22,868 bases of DNA from an uncultured Desulfobacteraceae bacterium (GCA_964451355.1 CAYVIE010000034.1:1-22868); one strand, 5' to 3'. Counted from the first letter of the stretch, positions 1-10,475 are shown. Program-made: numbers and translations. The notes: generated from the sequence alone by a model not told the origin.

Positions 1-855
1 GACCTGAAATCAGGCGCAATGCCCGCCAGGGAAAAACATAAGCTTACTGTATGTGTAAGCATCCCGCCCCAGAAATTCCTGGCAGACCGAATCGGAGGCG
101 AACGCGTGAAAGTCTCAGTGCTTGTAAAACCCGGAACAAGTCCCCACATGTTCGAACCCAGGCCCAGCCAGATGAAAACAATAGCGCAAACGGATATCTA
201 TATCGCAGCAGGGATCGAGTTTGAAAACATATGGCTTGACCGCTTCGTATCGACCAATCCCGGTATGCTGATCATAAGATCATATGCAGGAATAGAAAAA
301 CGCCCCATTGACAGGCAAGGTGGCTTTGGCCGCCTGATGCATAAAAAGGGCAAAGACCCGCACATATGGCTCTCACCGCCTTTACTGATAATCCAGGCAA
401 GAAACATCATGAGAGGCTTTGTCAAGGCGGATCCCGCTGGAATCGACATCTATTTGAAAAACTACCTCCAGCTTGTAGAAGAGCTTGCAAAACTGGATAC
501 AAAGATAGCAAAACGCCTGCACCATTTGAGGAACAGGGCTTTTATCACCGATCACCCGGCATGGGGCTATTTTGCCGATGCATACGGACTTGTCCAGGTT
601 CCCATTGAACATGAGGGGAAAGAGCCAAAGCCCTCATCGATACGCTCGCTCATTGAGACGGCCGGAAAAAGAAGGATCAGGACTATAATCATCAATCCCA
701 TGCATCCCTCGAAATTTACGGATACCATTGCAAAAGCTGTCTCTGCGCGCGTGTTTCCCATAGATCCCCTTGGATATGATATTGAAAAGACGATCCTTTC
801 CGCTGCGGATGCAATCCTGGAATCCCGAGGCGGACGGAACGGAGCAAAACCATGA
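1..855 (+). CDS. Metal (Zn/Mn-type) ABC transporter periplasmic substrate-binding protein, ZnuA/TroA family; probably 5'-truncated by the window edge
   Basis: The ORF is listed as 19..855, but the frame stays open back to base 1 and no signal peptide follows M19. The DPHIWLSP motif is typical of cluster-9 metal-binding proteins. The stop overlaps the start of the ATPase gene (ATGA at 852-855). Confidence 0.8.
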   Translation, partial: DLKSGAMPAREKHKLTVCVSIPPQKFLADRIGGERVKVSVLVKPGTSPHMFEPRPSQMKTIAQTDIYIAAGIEFENIWLDRFVSTNPGMLIIRSYAGIEKRPIDRQGGFGRLMHKKGKDPHIWLSPPLLIIQARNIMRGFVKADPAGIDIYLKNYLQLVEELAKLDTKIAKRLHHLRNRAFITDHPAWGYFADAYGLVQVPIEHEGKEPKPSSIRSLIETAGKRRIRTIIINPMHPSKFTDTIAKAVSARVFPIDPLGYDIEKTILSAADAILESRGGRNGAKP

Positions 856-1646
856 AAAACGGAAACAGTCCCGTCATATCGGTTAAAAACGTAACTTTTT
901 CATACAACCGGACACCTGTTCTGATCGATGTCAGCCTTGATGTATTTGCCGGTGATTTCCTGGCGGTGATCGGCCCCAACGGAGGGGGCAAATCAACTCT
1001 TTTAAAACTTATCATGGGACTGTATTCCCCGCAAAGGGGTGAAATCACGGTTCTGGGCAGCCGCCCGAAAAAAAGTGCGCCAAGGATAGGTTACGTGCCG
1101 CAGAATACAACAATAAACCCATCTTTCCCCGTGACCGTGATGGACGTGGTGCTCATGGGCCGCTTGGGCAAAAAAAAACGGAACCGTGTGACCCGGGCTG
1201 ACCGCGAGGCCGCAATGAAAGCCCTCAGTCTCGTCGGGATGGACGGGCTTGCAAACAGAAAAACAGGCGATCTCTCGGGAGGGCAGCAGGAAAGAGTATT
1301 TATCGCAAGGGCGCTTGCAACAGACGCCGAGATACTTATCCTGGATGAACCGACTGCAAGCATAGACTCTGAAGGAAGGTGTGAGCTTTTAGCCCTCCTG
1401 GGAAGGTTGAACAAGGACAAGACCATTATTCTTGTCACGCATGACATCATGTTTTTATCCGTTCATGTCACAGCGGTCGCATGCGTGAACAGGACGCTGC
1501 ACTATCACCCCAGGCCCGAAATAACACATGCGATGATAGAAATGGGCTACCCATGCCCGGTAGAGATGATTGCACACGGTGTCCCCCACCGGGTTCTAGC
1601 GGATCACAAAAACAGCCAGCCGGCAAAAAACAGGGACAAACGATAA
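852..1646 (+). CDS. Metal ABC transporter ATP-binding protein (ZnuC-like)
   Basis: Walker A GPNGGGKST, ABC signature LSGGQQERV and Walker B ILILDEP are present. It is translationally coupled to both flanking genes. Confidence 0.9.
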   Translation: MKNGNSPVISVKNVTFSYNRTPVLIDVSLDVFAGDFLAVIGPNGGGKSTLLKLIMGLYSPQRGEITVLGSRPKKSAPRIGYVPQNTTINPSFPVTVMDVVLMGRLGKKKRNRVTRADREAAMKALSLVGMDGLANRKTGDLSGGQQERVFIARALATDAEILILDEPTASIDSEGRCELLALLGRLNKDKTIILVTHDIMFLSVHVTAVACVNRTLHYHPRPEITHAMIEMGYPCPVEMIAHGVPHRVLADHKNSQPAKNRDKR

Positions 1647-1647
1647 C

Positions 1648-2472
1648 ATGTCACAACTTTTCGCTTTCGAATTCATGCGCCATGCAATGGCCGCCGCGCT
1701 ACTTTCAGGAATAATCTGCGGCGTTATAGGAACATTCGTTGTAGTAAACAGGATGGTCTTTCTTGCTGGAGGGATCGCCCATGCAGCATACGGCGGAGTC
1801 GGGATAGCGCTTTATTTCGGCATATCGTTTATCGCCGGAACCATAGGGACGGCCCTGGCGGCCGCCTGGATAATGACCGCCGCATTCCTTGCACGGCCGG
1901 CCAGATCAGACACGGTGATCGGCGTCATCTGGGCGGCGGGCATGGCCCTGGGAATAATACTTGTAGACCTTACACCCGGCTACCACCCGGACCTCATGGC
2001 CTATCTCTTCGGTTCGATTCTCTCCGTGACCGCGTCCGATCTCTATGCCGCGGCATTCATCACCGGCGCCGTCATCTGCATGACCCATTTCTTTTACAGG
2101 GATCTTCTGGCGGTCTCCTATGACCCTGAATTTGCACAATTAAGAGGGGTTCCGGTGAAGCGCACCTATTTTCTGCTTTTCTCCATGACCGCCTTGTCCG
2201 TGGTCCTTATTACAAGGATAACCGGTCTGATCCTCGTCATAGCCCTTATTTCCATACCGCCGGCCATAGCGGAGAGATTCTCGAAATCCCTACCATCAAT
2301 GATGGTCATATCCGCCATTCTTGCGATCTTCTTCAACATGACCGGTCTGTATATCTCATACCGCTTCGACATAACTTCTGGCGCCGCAGTGACCCTTGCC
2401 GCCTGTATCGCATATACCATGGTCATGATATCCTCGAAATTAGGATGGCCCCAAACAGGGGCTGAGCGCTGA
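1648..2472 (+). CDS. Metal ABC transporter permease (ZnuB-like)
   Basis: 274 aa, strongly hydrophobic and multi-pass. It starts 2 nt after the ATPase stop. Length and position fit ZnuB/TroCD-type permeases. Confidence 0.85.
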   Translation: MSQLFAFEFMRHAMAAALLSGIICGVIGTFVVVNRMVFLAGGIAHAAYGGVGIALYFGISFIAGTIGTALAAAWIMTAAFLARPARSDTVIGVIWAAGMALGIILVDLTPGYHPDLMAYLFGSILSVTASDLYAAAFITGAVICMTHFFYRDLLAVSYDPEFAQLRGVPVKRTYFLLFSMTALSVVLITRITGLILVIALISIPPAIAERFSKSLPSMMVISAILAIFFNMTGLYISYRFDITSGAAVTLAACIAYTMVMISSKLGWPQTGAER

Positions 2473-2532
2473 TAACCGCTCCTGATTCCTGCATCCCACC
2501 TGTCTGTTTTTTTAATTTTTATTTGATTTTTT

Positions 2533-3078
2533 TTGATATATATTTTTGATTCATCAGATAAAAGATTACCCTCCATTAACTCAGGGTGTAGAAAAGTGGT
2601 TTTTTACAGACTCAGGCCTTTGGCCGCTTTGTTTATTATTATCTGCCTTGTTCTGCTTCAAGGCTGCTCGGGTATAAGCATTAAACAACAAGGGGAACCG
2701 TTGCCCGGATCCGCGCCCGAAGCATGGATCGCCGTGTACAGGGGGCCCCTTGACCATCTCAAGGCGTTGCGTGCCGGCCAATGCCCTATGTACCCGTCTT
2801 GCTCGGGTTACGCCAGAGAGGCTATATCAAGATACGGCCCCCTTTGGGGCTGGTTTATAACATGCGACAGGCTTATCAGGTGCGGCGGGGATACACTTGA
2901 TTTCGCCCCCAAAGTTCCAGTTAACGGAAAGTGGAAGTATTATGATCCCCTGAGCGCGAATGCTTTCTGGTTTGATGGCCAGGATGCATTCGCTGCGGGC
3001 GGCAACAGTACTGAAACTGATGCTCCGGAGGTACAATGGCTATTGAAGAAACAACATACAGGCCCAAACACCCGGTAA
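2533..3078 (+). CDS. YidD-domain (membrane protein insertion efficiency factor-like) protein with N-terminal signal/anchor and C-terminal extension
   Basis: CPMYPSCSGYAREAISRYGPLWGWFITCDRLIRCGGD matches my recollection of the YidD signature (C-x-F/Y-x-P-S/T-C-S-x-Y...R-C). A hydrophobic segment ends in LLQGCSG, a possible lipobox. The start is uncertain; an alternative GTG lies at 2596. The 3' end overlaps icmF by 43 nt. Confidence 0.6.
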   Translation: MIYIFDSSDKRLPSINSGCRKVVFYRLRPLAALFIIICLVLLQGCSGISIKQQGEPLPGSAPEAWIAVYRGPLDHLKALRAGQCPMYPSCSGYAREAISRYGPLWGWFITCDRLIRCGGDTLDFAPKVPVNGKWKYYDPLSANAFWFDGQDAFAAGGNSTETDAPEVQWLLKKQHTGPNTR

Positions 3079-6000
3079 GGGTGGTGACGGCAACAGCCCT
3101 TTTTGACGGACATGACGCATCCATAAACATAATCAGGAGGATTCTCCAGGATAGCGGCGCCGAGGTGATTCACCTGGGACACAACCGCAGTGTCGCAGAA
3201 ATTGTAAAAGCTGCCATTGAGGAAGATGTCCAGGGGGTTGCCGTATCAAGCTACCAGGGCGGGCACATGGAATTTTTCACTTACCTGCGACGGCTTCTCA
3301 ATGAAAGGGGTGGAAGCCATATCAGGATCTTTGGCGGCGGCGGTGGAGTGATCGTTCCCGACGAAATAGAGGCCTTGGAGTCATCAGGCATCACAAAGAT
3401 ATATTCCCCCGAAGACGGCGAGCGGATGGGGCTTTCCGGCATGATCAGCCACATGCTGGAGCATATGGACTTTTCCACCACGCAGGTATCACTCCCTGAC
3501 CCAGCCGGACTGTCGACCCGGCGGCCCGATATAACCGGAAGGCTTATTTCATATGCGGAACAAAAAACAACAGGTGCCCAAAACGGGACAACGGATAATC
3601 TTCTTGACAGGATCAGGGAGAAATCCAGGGAAAGGGAGATTCCTGTCATCGGAATCACAGGAACAGGTGGTGCCGGCAAGTCTTCACTGACCGATGAAAT
3701 CATCCTGAGATTCCGCTATGACGCCCCTGATTTAGCCATTGGCATAATATGCTGCGACCCGTCCAGGAAGAAGACAGGAGGCGCGCTTCTTGGCGACAGG
3801 ATCAGGATGAACGCCATTGATGCGGAAAACCTGTTTGTAAGGAGCATGGCAGTGAGGAGGGATTCCCTCGAACTGCCTGCGGCGCTGCCGGACGCGCTTT
3901 CAGTGCTAAAAGCCGCCGGCTACGACCTGGTGATCGTGGAAACCGCGGGTATCGGCCAGGGCGCGTCAAACATACTCGATCTTTCAGATATATCCATATA
4001 CGTGATGACGCCGGAGTTCGGCGCGGCCTCCCAGCTCGAGAAGATAGACATGCTGGACTTTGCCGATCTTGTGGCTGTAAACAAGTTTGACAGGGAGGGA
4101 AGCGAGGATGCTTTAAGGGAGATCGCAAAACAGGTACAAAGAAACCGCAAGGCTTTTGATACCCCTCCAGGAGACATGCCGGTCTTCGGAACAATAGCGT
4201 CCAGGTTCAATGATGACGGGGTCACAGCTCTTTATCACGGGCTATGCGACCTTCTGCACAAAAAGTGCGGGCTCCGGATAGAATCCATGCTTGCAAGAAA
4301 AGATATTCGGCATTCCACGGACAAGACAATCATAATCCCTCCCAGGAGAAAACGCTACCTTGCAGAGGTGGCGGAAACAATCCGCTCATACCACGAAGAG
4401 ACTAAAAAACAGGCCGAAAACCTCCGGGCGGCATGGCACGTAAAAGAGGCTGCTTCCGCGATATGCGGGAAAGAGATCGATAAGATTCCGGTCCCGGAGG
4501 CCATGGAGATGTTCGAAAAGGCGAAAAGGGAAGCCGAGTCCCTTGTAACACCCGAGACAAGAAGCCTGATGGAGCAATGGGAAGCGATCCGCGAGAACTA
4601 TTCGAATGATTCATACACGTACCAGGTCAGGGACAAGAAGGTCACGGTCAAGCTTTTCACCGAGTCCCTTTCCGGCACGATGATACCGAAGGTGGCACTT
4701 CCCGATTTCAAGGATCCCGGCGCCATATACACCTGGATGCGCAAGGAGAACATTCCCGGGCGTTTTCCTTTCACCGCGGGAGTATTTCCCTTCAAGCGCA
4801 CAGACGAGGATCCCACGAGGATGTTTGCTGGAGAAGGCGATCCGGCAAGAACAAACCGCCGTTTCAGGCTGCTCTCCGCGGAAAGCAGGGCAAAGCGCCT
4901 CTCAACCGCCTTTGATTCGGTCACCCTTTACGGGTGCGACCCGGACAGGCGGCCAGACATCTACGGCAAGGTGGGCACATCGGGAGTGAGCGTATGCAGC
5001 CTCGACGACATGAAGATCCTGTATTCAGGGTTCGACCTTGCATCTCCTGACACATCAGTCTCCATGACCATAAACGGTCCCGCCCCTATGATCCTTGCCA
5101 TGTTTTTGAATACCGCCATTGACCAGCAGGTTGAAAAATTCTCAAGGGAAAAAAGCAGGATGCCGGACCCTGGCGAGGCCCGGAAGATACGCGCGCATGT
5201 CCTGCAAAACATCCGTGGAACCGTGCAGGCCGATATACTAAAGGAGGACCAGGGACAGAACACCTGCATATTCTCCATAGACTTCGCCTTGAAAATGATG
5301 GCCGATATCCAGGAATTTTTCATAGAACACAACATGAAGAACTTCTATTCCATATCGGTTTCAGGCTACCACATAGCAGAAGCCGGTGCCAACCCGGTAA
5401 CACAGCTCTCCTTTACACTGGCAAACGGGTTCACCTATGTGGAGTACTACCTTGCCCGGGGTATGCACATAGACGACTTTGCCCCGAACCTCTCTTTTTT
5501 CTTCTCTTCCGGGATGGACCCGGAATACAGCGTGATCGGGCGTGTGGCCAGAAGAATCTGGGCCATAGCCATGAAAGAGAGATACCGCGCCAGTGACAGG
5601 TCGCAGATGCTCAAGTACCATATCCAGACTTCCGGGCGTTCCCTTCATGCCCAGGAAATCCAGTTCAATGACATAAGGACAACACTGCAGGCGCTCTATG
5701 CTATTTACGATAACTGCAATTCCCTGCACACCAATGCATACGATGAAGCTGTCACCACTCCCACCGAAGAATCGGTGCGCCGGTCGCTTGCCATACAGCT
5801 CATAATAAACAGGGAGCTGGGCCTTGCAAAAAACGAAAATCCGCTCCAGGGTTCATTCATAATCAGGACGCTGACCGACCTGGTTGAAGAGGCCGTCATA
5901 GCCGAATTCGACAGGATAGCAGAAAGAGGCGGTGTTTTCGCGGCAATGGAACGGGGTTACCAGAGGAGCAGGATACAGGAAGAATCCCTGTACTATGAAT

Positions 6001-6320
6001 ATCTCAAGCACACAGGCAAGCTCCCGATCATAGGGGTAAACACCTTCAAGAATCCTGCGAAGAATTCCATGCAGGAGATACGCGGCCTGGAACTTGCCCG
6101 CGCAACAAAGGAGGAAATCGAATCCCAGATCAGACGCAGGGATGAATTCATGGCAAGAAACAAGGACAAGTCTCAGGCAGCATTGGAAAGACTCAAGCAG
6201 ACAGCAATATCGGGAGGAAACATATTCGCCGAGCTCATGGGTACTGTCCGCTACTGTACTCTTGGCCAGATAACAAACGCCCTGTATGAAGTCGGCGGCA
6301 GGTACAGAAGAAACATGTGA
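3036..6320 (+). CDS. icmF: Fused isobutyryl-CoA mutase IcmF (B12-binding domain + MeaB-like G-protein chaperone + acyl-CoA mutase catalytic domain)
   Basis: 1094 aa. The N-terminus VVTATALFDGHDASINIIRRILQ carries the DxHxxG cobalamin-binding motif. The middle has a GITGTGGAGKSS P-loop with NKFD. The C-terminal roughly 530 aa is a methylmalonyl-CoA-mutase-like barrel. A GGAGG RBS lies 5 nt upstream of the ATG. Confidence 0.92.
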   Translation: MAIEETTYRPKHPVRVVTATALFDGHDASINIIRRILQDSGAEVIHLGHNRSVAEIVKAAIEEDVQGVAVSSYQGGHMEFFTYLRRLLNERGGSHIRIFGGGGGVIVPDEIEALESSGITKIYSPEDGERMGLSGMISHMLEHMDFSTTQVSLPDPAGLSTRRPDITGRLISYAEQKTTGAQNGTTDNLLDRIREKSREREIPVIGITGTGGAGKSSLTDEIILRFRYDAPDLAIGIICCDPSRKKTGGALLGDRIRMNAIDAENLFVRSMAVRRDSLELPAALPDALSVLKAAGYDLVIVETAGIGQGASNILDLSDISIYVMTPEFGAASQLEKIDMLDFADLVAVNKFDREGSEDALREIAKQVQRNRKAFDTPPGDMPVFGTIASRFNDDGVTALYHGLCDLLHKKCGLRIESMLARKDIRHSTDKTIIIPPRRKRYLAEVAETIRSYHEETKKQAENLRAAWHVKEAASAICGKEIDKIPVPEAMEMFEKAKREAESLVTPETRSLMEQWEAIRENYSNDSYTYQVRDKKVTVKLFTESLSGTMIPKVALPDFKDPGAIYTWMRKENIPGRFPFTAGVFPFKRTDEDPTRMFAGEGDPARTNRRFRLLSAESRAKRLSTAFDSVTLYGCDPDRRPDIYGKVGTSGVSVCSLDDMKILYSGFDLASPDTSVSMTINGPAPMILAMFLNTAIDQQVEKFSREKSRMPDPGEARKIRAHVLQNIRGTVQADILKEDQGQNTCIFSIDFALKMMADIQEFFIEHNMKNFYSISVSGYHIAEAGANPVTQLSFTLANGFTYVEYYLARGMHIDDFAPNLSFFFSSGMDPEYSVIGRVARRIWAIAMKERYRASDRSQMLKYHIQTSGRSLHAQEIQFNDIRTTLQALYAIYDNCNSLHTNAYDEAVTTPTEESVRRSLAIQLIINRELGLAKNENPLQGSFIIRTLTDLVEEAVIAEFDRIAERGGVFAAMERGYQRSRIQEESLYYEYLKHTGKLPIIGVNTFKNPAKNSMQEIRGLELARATKEEIESQIRRRDEFMARNKDKSQAALERLKQTAISGGNIFAELMGTVRYCTLGQITNALYEVGGRYRRNM

Positions 6321-6370
6321 TTTTTGTCTCGAGAATTTCTTGTGAGATCAAAATAAACCAAGGAGAGACC

Positions 6371-7558
<1,188 letters not shown>

Positions 7559-7591
7559 ATCAGCAGACATTCGCCCGCACACCAGATAAGC

Positions 7592-7630
7592 GCCGGCAAC
7601 TGTTCGATAATATATCGGGCGGTTGCCGGC
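7592..7630 (+). terminator. GC-rich hairpin after the thiolase gene (gccggcaac / gttgccggc, 9-bp stem) without a T-tract
   Basis: The inverted repeat was read directly. An inner cgata/tatcg pairing is also possible. No U-run follows on either strand, so terminator function is doubtful. Confidence 0.25.
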
Positions 7631-7710
7631 AAAGCAGGCGGCGTGCGGCCAAACGCTCACTAATTCAGCCAATATGCCGGCCTGAAATCACCAAGACCGG
7701 TTTTACAGGG

Positions 7711-7732
7711 AATAAACCCTTGCACCCAAGGG
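7711..7732 (-). terminator. Candidate intrinsic terminator of the paraoxonase-like gene
   Basis: On the minus strand CCCTTG-GGTG-CAAGGG is followed by TTTATT. It begins 5 nt after the TAA stop at 7738-7740. Confidence 0.4.
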
Positions 7733-7737
7733 GCTGA

Positions 7738-8796
7738 TTACCATCCGATACCCGGCGGAATAGTACAAACAAGGAGATAACCGTCAAACACCTGCCCGAC
7801 CACGAGTATCCTGCCAACGCCGACAGCTGTGGATGCTGCTGAAAAAAATTTCCCTGGATCCGCGAAGACCGGCGTTTTATCGTAATATTCCGGCCTGATG
7901 AAAAAGACGACCGAGGGGGATTGTTCTGCCGGATCCTTTGCATGCCGCATGAAAGCCAGGTCATCGAAATGAGCGGCCACAAAGAAACCGTCTGCATAGG
8001 GCATAATGTTGTCCACCCCCTTGATCCTTGCTATCTCCTTGGGTTCTCCAAGGCTTCCATCATTGTTTCGCGGAAACTCCAGGATCCTGTTTCCCAGGGT
8101 TTCAGCCACGTATACCCTGTCAGGGCGGGCAAGTATACCGTTTGCAAAGCAGAGCCCTTGGGCTACAAAGGTCCAGGTTTTTTTGAGCGGATCATACCTG
8201 CTTACCTGGGATCTGCTCCTTTTCAGGTAAAGGTCCCAGTTGCTCTTGAAATCGTTTGTCAGGTAGATCTCGCCGTTGTCAAGCACGGAAAGATCATTGG
8301 GCGACCATAAACATACCTTGTCTTCGAGGAGGTCCATAAACACAAGGGAGTTGTTTTCCACCTTGTATATGCCGACGGCATTTTCACTTCGCTCGTTGTG
8401 ATCATAGGGATCATGAAGTATTACATACAAGAGTATATCGCCGGTTTCAGCCTTCCTTATGTCGATGCCGTGAGGCCGGAAGGCCTTGAGGCGCTGCGGC
8501 TCGTTATGTCTTTCAAAAATACCGGTTTCCCCTGTGGAGACCACGTAATAGCGTATATCCCCGCAGGCACCTGGAATGCACCTTTCCAAGCACGAGAGAA
8601 TTATCCTCTCGGGTGTATGCCACCTGTCCACTGCGAGATCCTCAGGACCCGGCCCTATCTCCACCCTGCGGCAGGCAAGCGGCTCGGCTGTAAGCGGGAG
8701 CCTTTCCCGAAGACCGCAACCAGATTGAATCAAAATCAGAAATATCAAGAATAGAATGGATATAGCGGTTCCCAGTGCCGTTTGTCTATTATCCAT
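7738..8796 (-). CDS. Paraoxonase/arylesterase (PON)-like six-bladed beta-propeller protein, secreted or lipid-anchored
   Basis: GEIYLTNDFKSNWDLYLKRS...VAQGLCFANGI resembles my recollection of the mammalian PON1 segment ...YGTNDHYF..YL.SWEMYLG...VAEGFDFANGI. The N-terminal hydrophobic signal ends in IQSGCG. A GGGGAGGG RBS lies 3-4 nt upstream. Confidence 0.6.
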   Translation of the reverse strand: MDNRQTALGTAISILFLIFLILIQSGCGLRERLPLTAEPLACRRVEIGPGPEDLAVDRWHTPERIILSCLERCIPGACGDIRYYVVSTGETGIFERHNEPQRLKAFRPHGIDIRKAETGDILLYVILHDPYDHNERSENAVGIYKVENNSLVFMDLLEDKVCLWSPNDLSVLDNGEIYLTNDFKSNWDLYLKRSRSQVSRYDPLKKTWTFVAQGLCFANGILARPDRVYVAETLGNRILEFPRNNDGSLGEPKEIARIKGVDNIMPYADGFFVAAHFDDLAFMRHAKDPAEQSPSVVFFIRPEYYDKTPVFADPGKFFSAASTAVGVGRILVVGQVFDGYLLVCTIPPGIGW

Positions 8797-8839
8797 ACGC
8801 CCTCCCCTGGATGTTTATGCTGGTTATACTCGTAAACTT

Positions 8840-10228
8840 CTATCCATTCTCCTTGCCCGGCCGCATGATGCCGTATTTTTTCATCCGCTTCCATATGGTG
8901 ACCCTGCTTACGCCCAGGCGTTTGGCAGCCTTTGTCTGATTCCATCCCACGGATTCAAGGACACCCAAAAGCTCCTCTTTTTCATCAATCCGGTTGCCGG
9001 ATACAGGAAAAGCCGTTAAAGTGGCTTTTACCCGTTTTTTATCCCTGCCCCCCAGCTTTGGGGGAAGATGCGCTGTATCTATACTTCCGCCAGGACAAAG
9101 AACAAATGCATATTCGATAACGTTTCTTAGCTCCCGGATGTTTCCCGGCCACGGGTATTCTATCAAAAGATCCATGGCGGCCGGGGTTACGCCCAGAATC
9201 TTCTTGCCGGTGTTCCTGGAGCCCTGCTTGATGAAATGCTGAACCAGAAGTGGGATATCCTCTTTACGGTCAGCCAGCCTTGGAAGAAGTAACGGGAAAA
9301 CATTTATCCTGAAATAAAGATCCTCCCGGAACTTTCCCTCGCTGACAAGCGCCTCAATGTCCCGGTTGGTCGCGGAAACAATCCTGACATCAATGGGAAT
9401 GGGGCGGTGATCGCCTACCCTTTCGATGATCTTGTCCTCCAGGACCCTCAACAGCTTGACTTGCGTGCCGGGAGGGATATCGCCTATCTCGTCTAAAAAA
9501 ATCGTCCCCTCGTTAGCCGCCTCAAACCTGCCTATTCTTGTTCGATCCGCGCCAGTGAAGGCTCCTTTAACATGGCCGAAAAGTTCACTTTCAAGCAGAT
9601 TTTCATTCAGTGCGGCGCAGTTTACCTTAATGAAAGGCTTATCCTTCCTGGGACCTGCTTCATGTATTGCTCTTGCCGCCATCTCCTTGCCGGTCCCGCT
9701 CTCTCCAAGTATCATAACAGGAGCATCGGACTGGGCGACATTGGTGATCAGCTCGAACAGCTGTTGCATCACCGGGGTTTTCCCAACAATCCCATGGAAA
9801 CCCTCATCAAGGAAATAGGATTGTCTCAACTCTTGTATCAATCTCTGCTGGCGGACAACCTGCGAGATATCCGTAAGGATCTCAACAGCCCCAATAATCT
9901 CGCCCCGACTGTTCTTCAGCACTCTCGAGGTTTTGAGTATATGCACTGTCTTACGATCTTTGGTGGTTATGAGACATCTTTTATCCTTTACATAACCTAC
10001 TGAAAACATCTTACACCACTTTTCACCTGAAGACTCCCCGAAAAATTTACAGCCTGTGCAGTTGAGAATACGACATGTTCTGCCCACGAGTTCCTCCTGG
10101 CTATAGCCAGTGAGCGCCTCGGCCGCCGGGTTTGCCGCAACGATTCTGCCAGAAGTGTTAACAACGATAAGGCCGTCGTGCAATGTATCTAAGATAGCCT
10201 TCCAGTGCTTTGAAATCTCCATAAACAA
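8840..10228 (-). CDS. Sigma-54-dependent transcriptional activator (PAS sensor + AAA+ + Fis-type HTH), no receiver domain
   Basis: Walker A GESGTGKE, the GAFTGA sigma-54 contact loop, Walker B FLDEIGD and a C-terminal HTH (AAKRLGVSRVTIWKRMKKYGI) are present. The N-terminal PAS carries a C-x4-C-x2-C-x11-C-x12-C cluster. The start is either TTG at 10228 or ATG at 10222. Confidence 0.9.
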   Translation of the reverse strand: MFMEISKHWKAILDTLHDGLIVVNTSGRIVAANPAAEALTGYSQEELVGRTCRILNCTGCKFFGESSGEKWCKMFSVGYVKDKRCLITTKDRKTVHILKTSRVLKNSRGEIIGAVEILTDISQVVRQQRLIQELRQSYFLDEGFHGIVGKTPVMQQLFELITNVAQSDAPVMILGESGTGKEMAARAIHEAGPRKDKPFIKVNCAALNENLLESELFGHVKGAFTGADRTRIGRFEAANEGTIFLDEIGDIPPGTQVKLLRVLEDKIIERVGDHRPIPIDVRIVSATNRDIEALVSEGKFREDLYFRINVFPLLLPRLADRKEDIPLLVQHFIKQGSRNTGKKILGVTPAAMDLLIEYPWPGNIRELRNVIEYAFVLCPGGSIDTAHLPPKLGGRDKKRVKATLTAFPVSGNRIDEKEELLGVLESVGWNQTKAAKRLGVSRVTIWKRMKKYGIMRPGKENG

Positions 10229-10344
10229 ACATGCTCCCTCTTTTTACTTCTTGTCCGGGTTGCTTACATCCTGAATCTGTAACGGTATTTTATTGTCGCG
10301 ATGGTGGACTTGAAAAAAGTTCATAGTGCTTAGCACCCAGCTAT

Positions 10345-10372
10345 TTAATTAATACCCCTAAATTAATACCCC
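10345..10372. repeat. Tandem 14-bp direct repeat (ttaattaatacccc / taaattaatacccc)
   Basis: Read directly; 13 of 14 positions are identical. It lies in the divergent control region about 120 bp upstream of the activator gene. Confidence 0.7.
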
Positions 10373-10378
10373 GGGTAC

Positions 10379-10405
10379 TGTTAACACTTTATGTCAAAGT
10401 TAACA
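10379..10405. promoter_or_regulatory. Inverted repeat TGTTAAC-N13-GTTAACA (candidate regulator binding site)
   Basis: The 7-bp arms are perfect and were read directly. It sits in the divergent intergenic region. No binding protein is known. Confidence 0.3.
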
Positions 10406-10475
10406 AACTGTTTACATTGTTTGCGCAAGCAAAGCAAGCCCAAGATTGCATAAACATTAAACGCACCATAATGAT

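Noticed and set aside
2960-3040. Cobalamin riboswitch upstream of the B12-dependent icmF
   Set aside because: There is no non-coding space, because icmF overlaps the preceding ORF by 43 nt, and I saw no B12-box-like sequence.
6317-6370. Upstream ATG (6317) as the thiolase start, overlapping the icmF stop
   Set aside because: It would add 18 residues (MIFVSRISCEIKINQGET) not seen at thiolase N-termini. The ATG at 6371 has a strong AAGGAGAG RBS and gives the canonical M-x5-VIVSAVRTPIG start.
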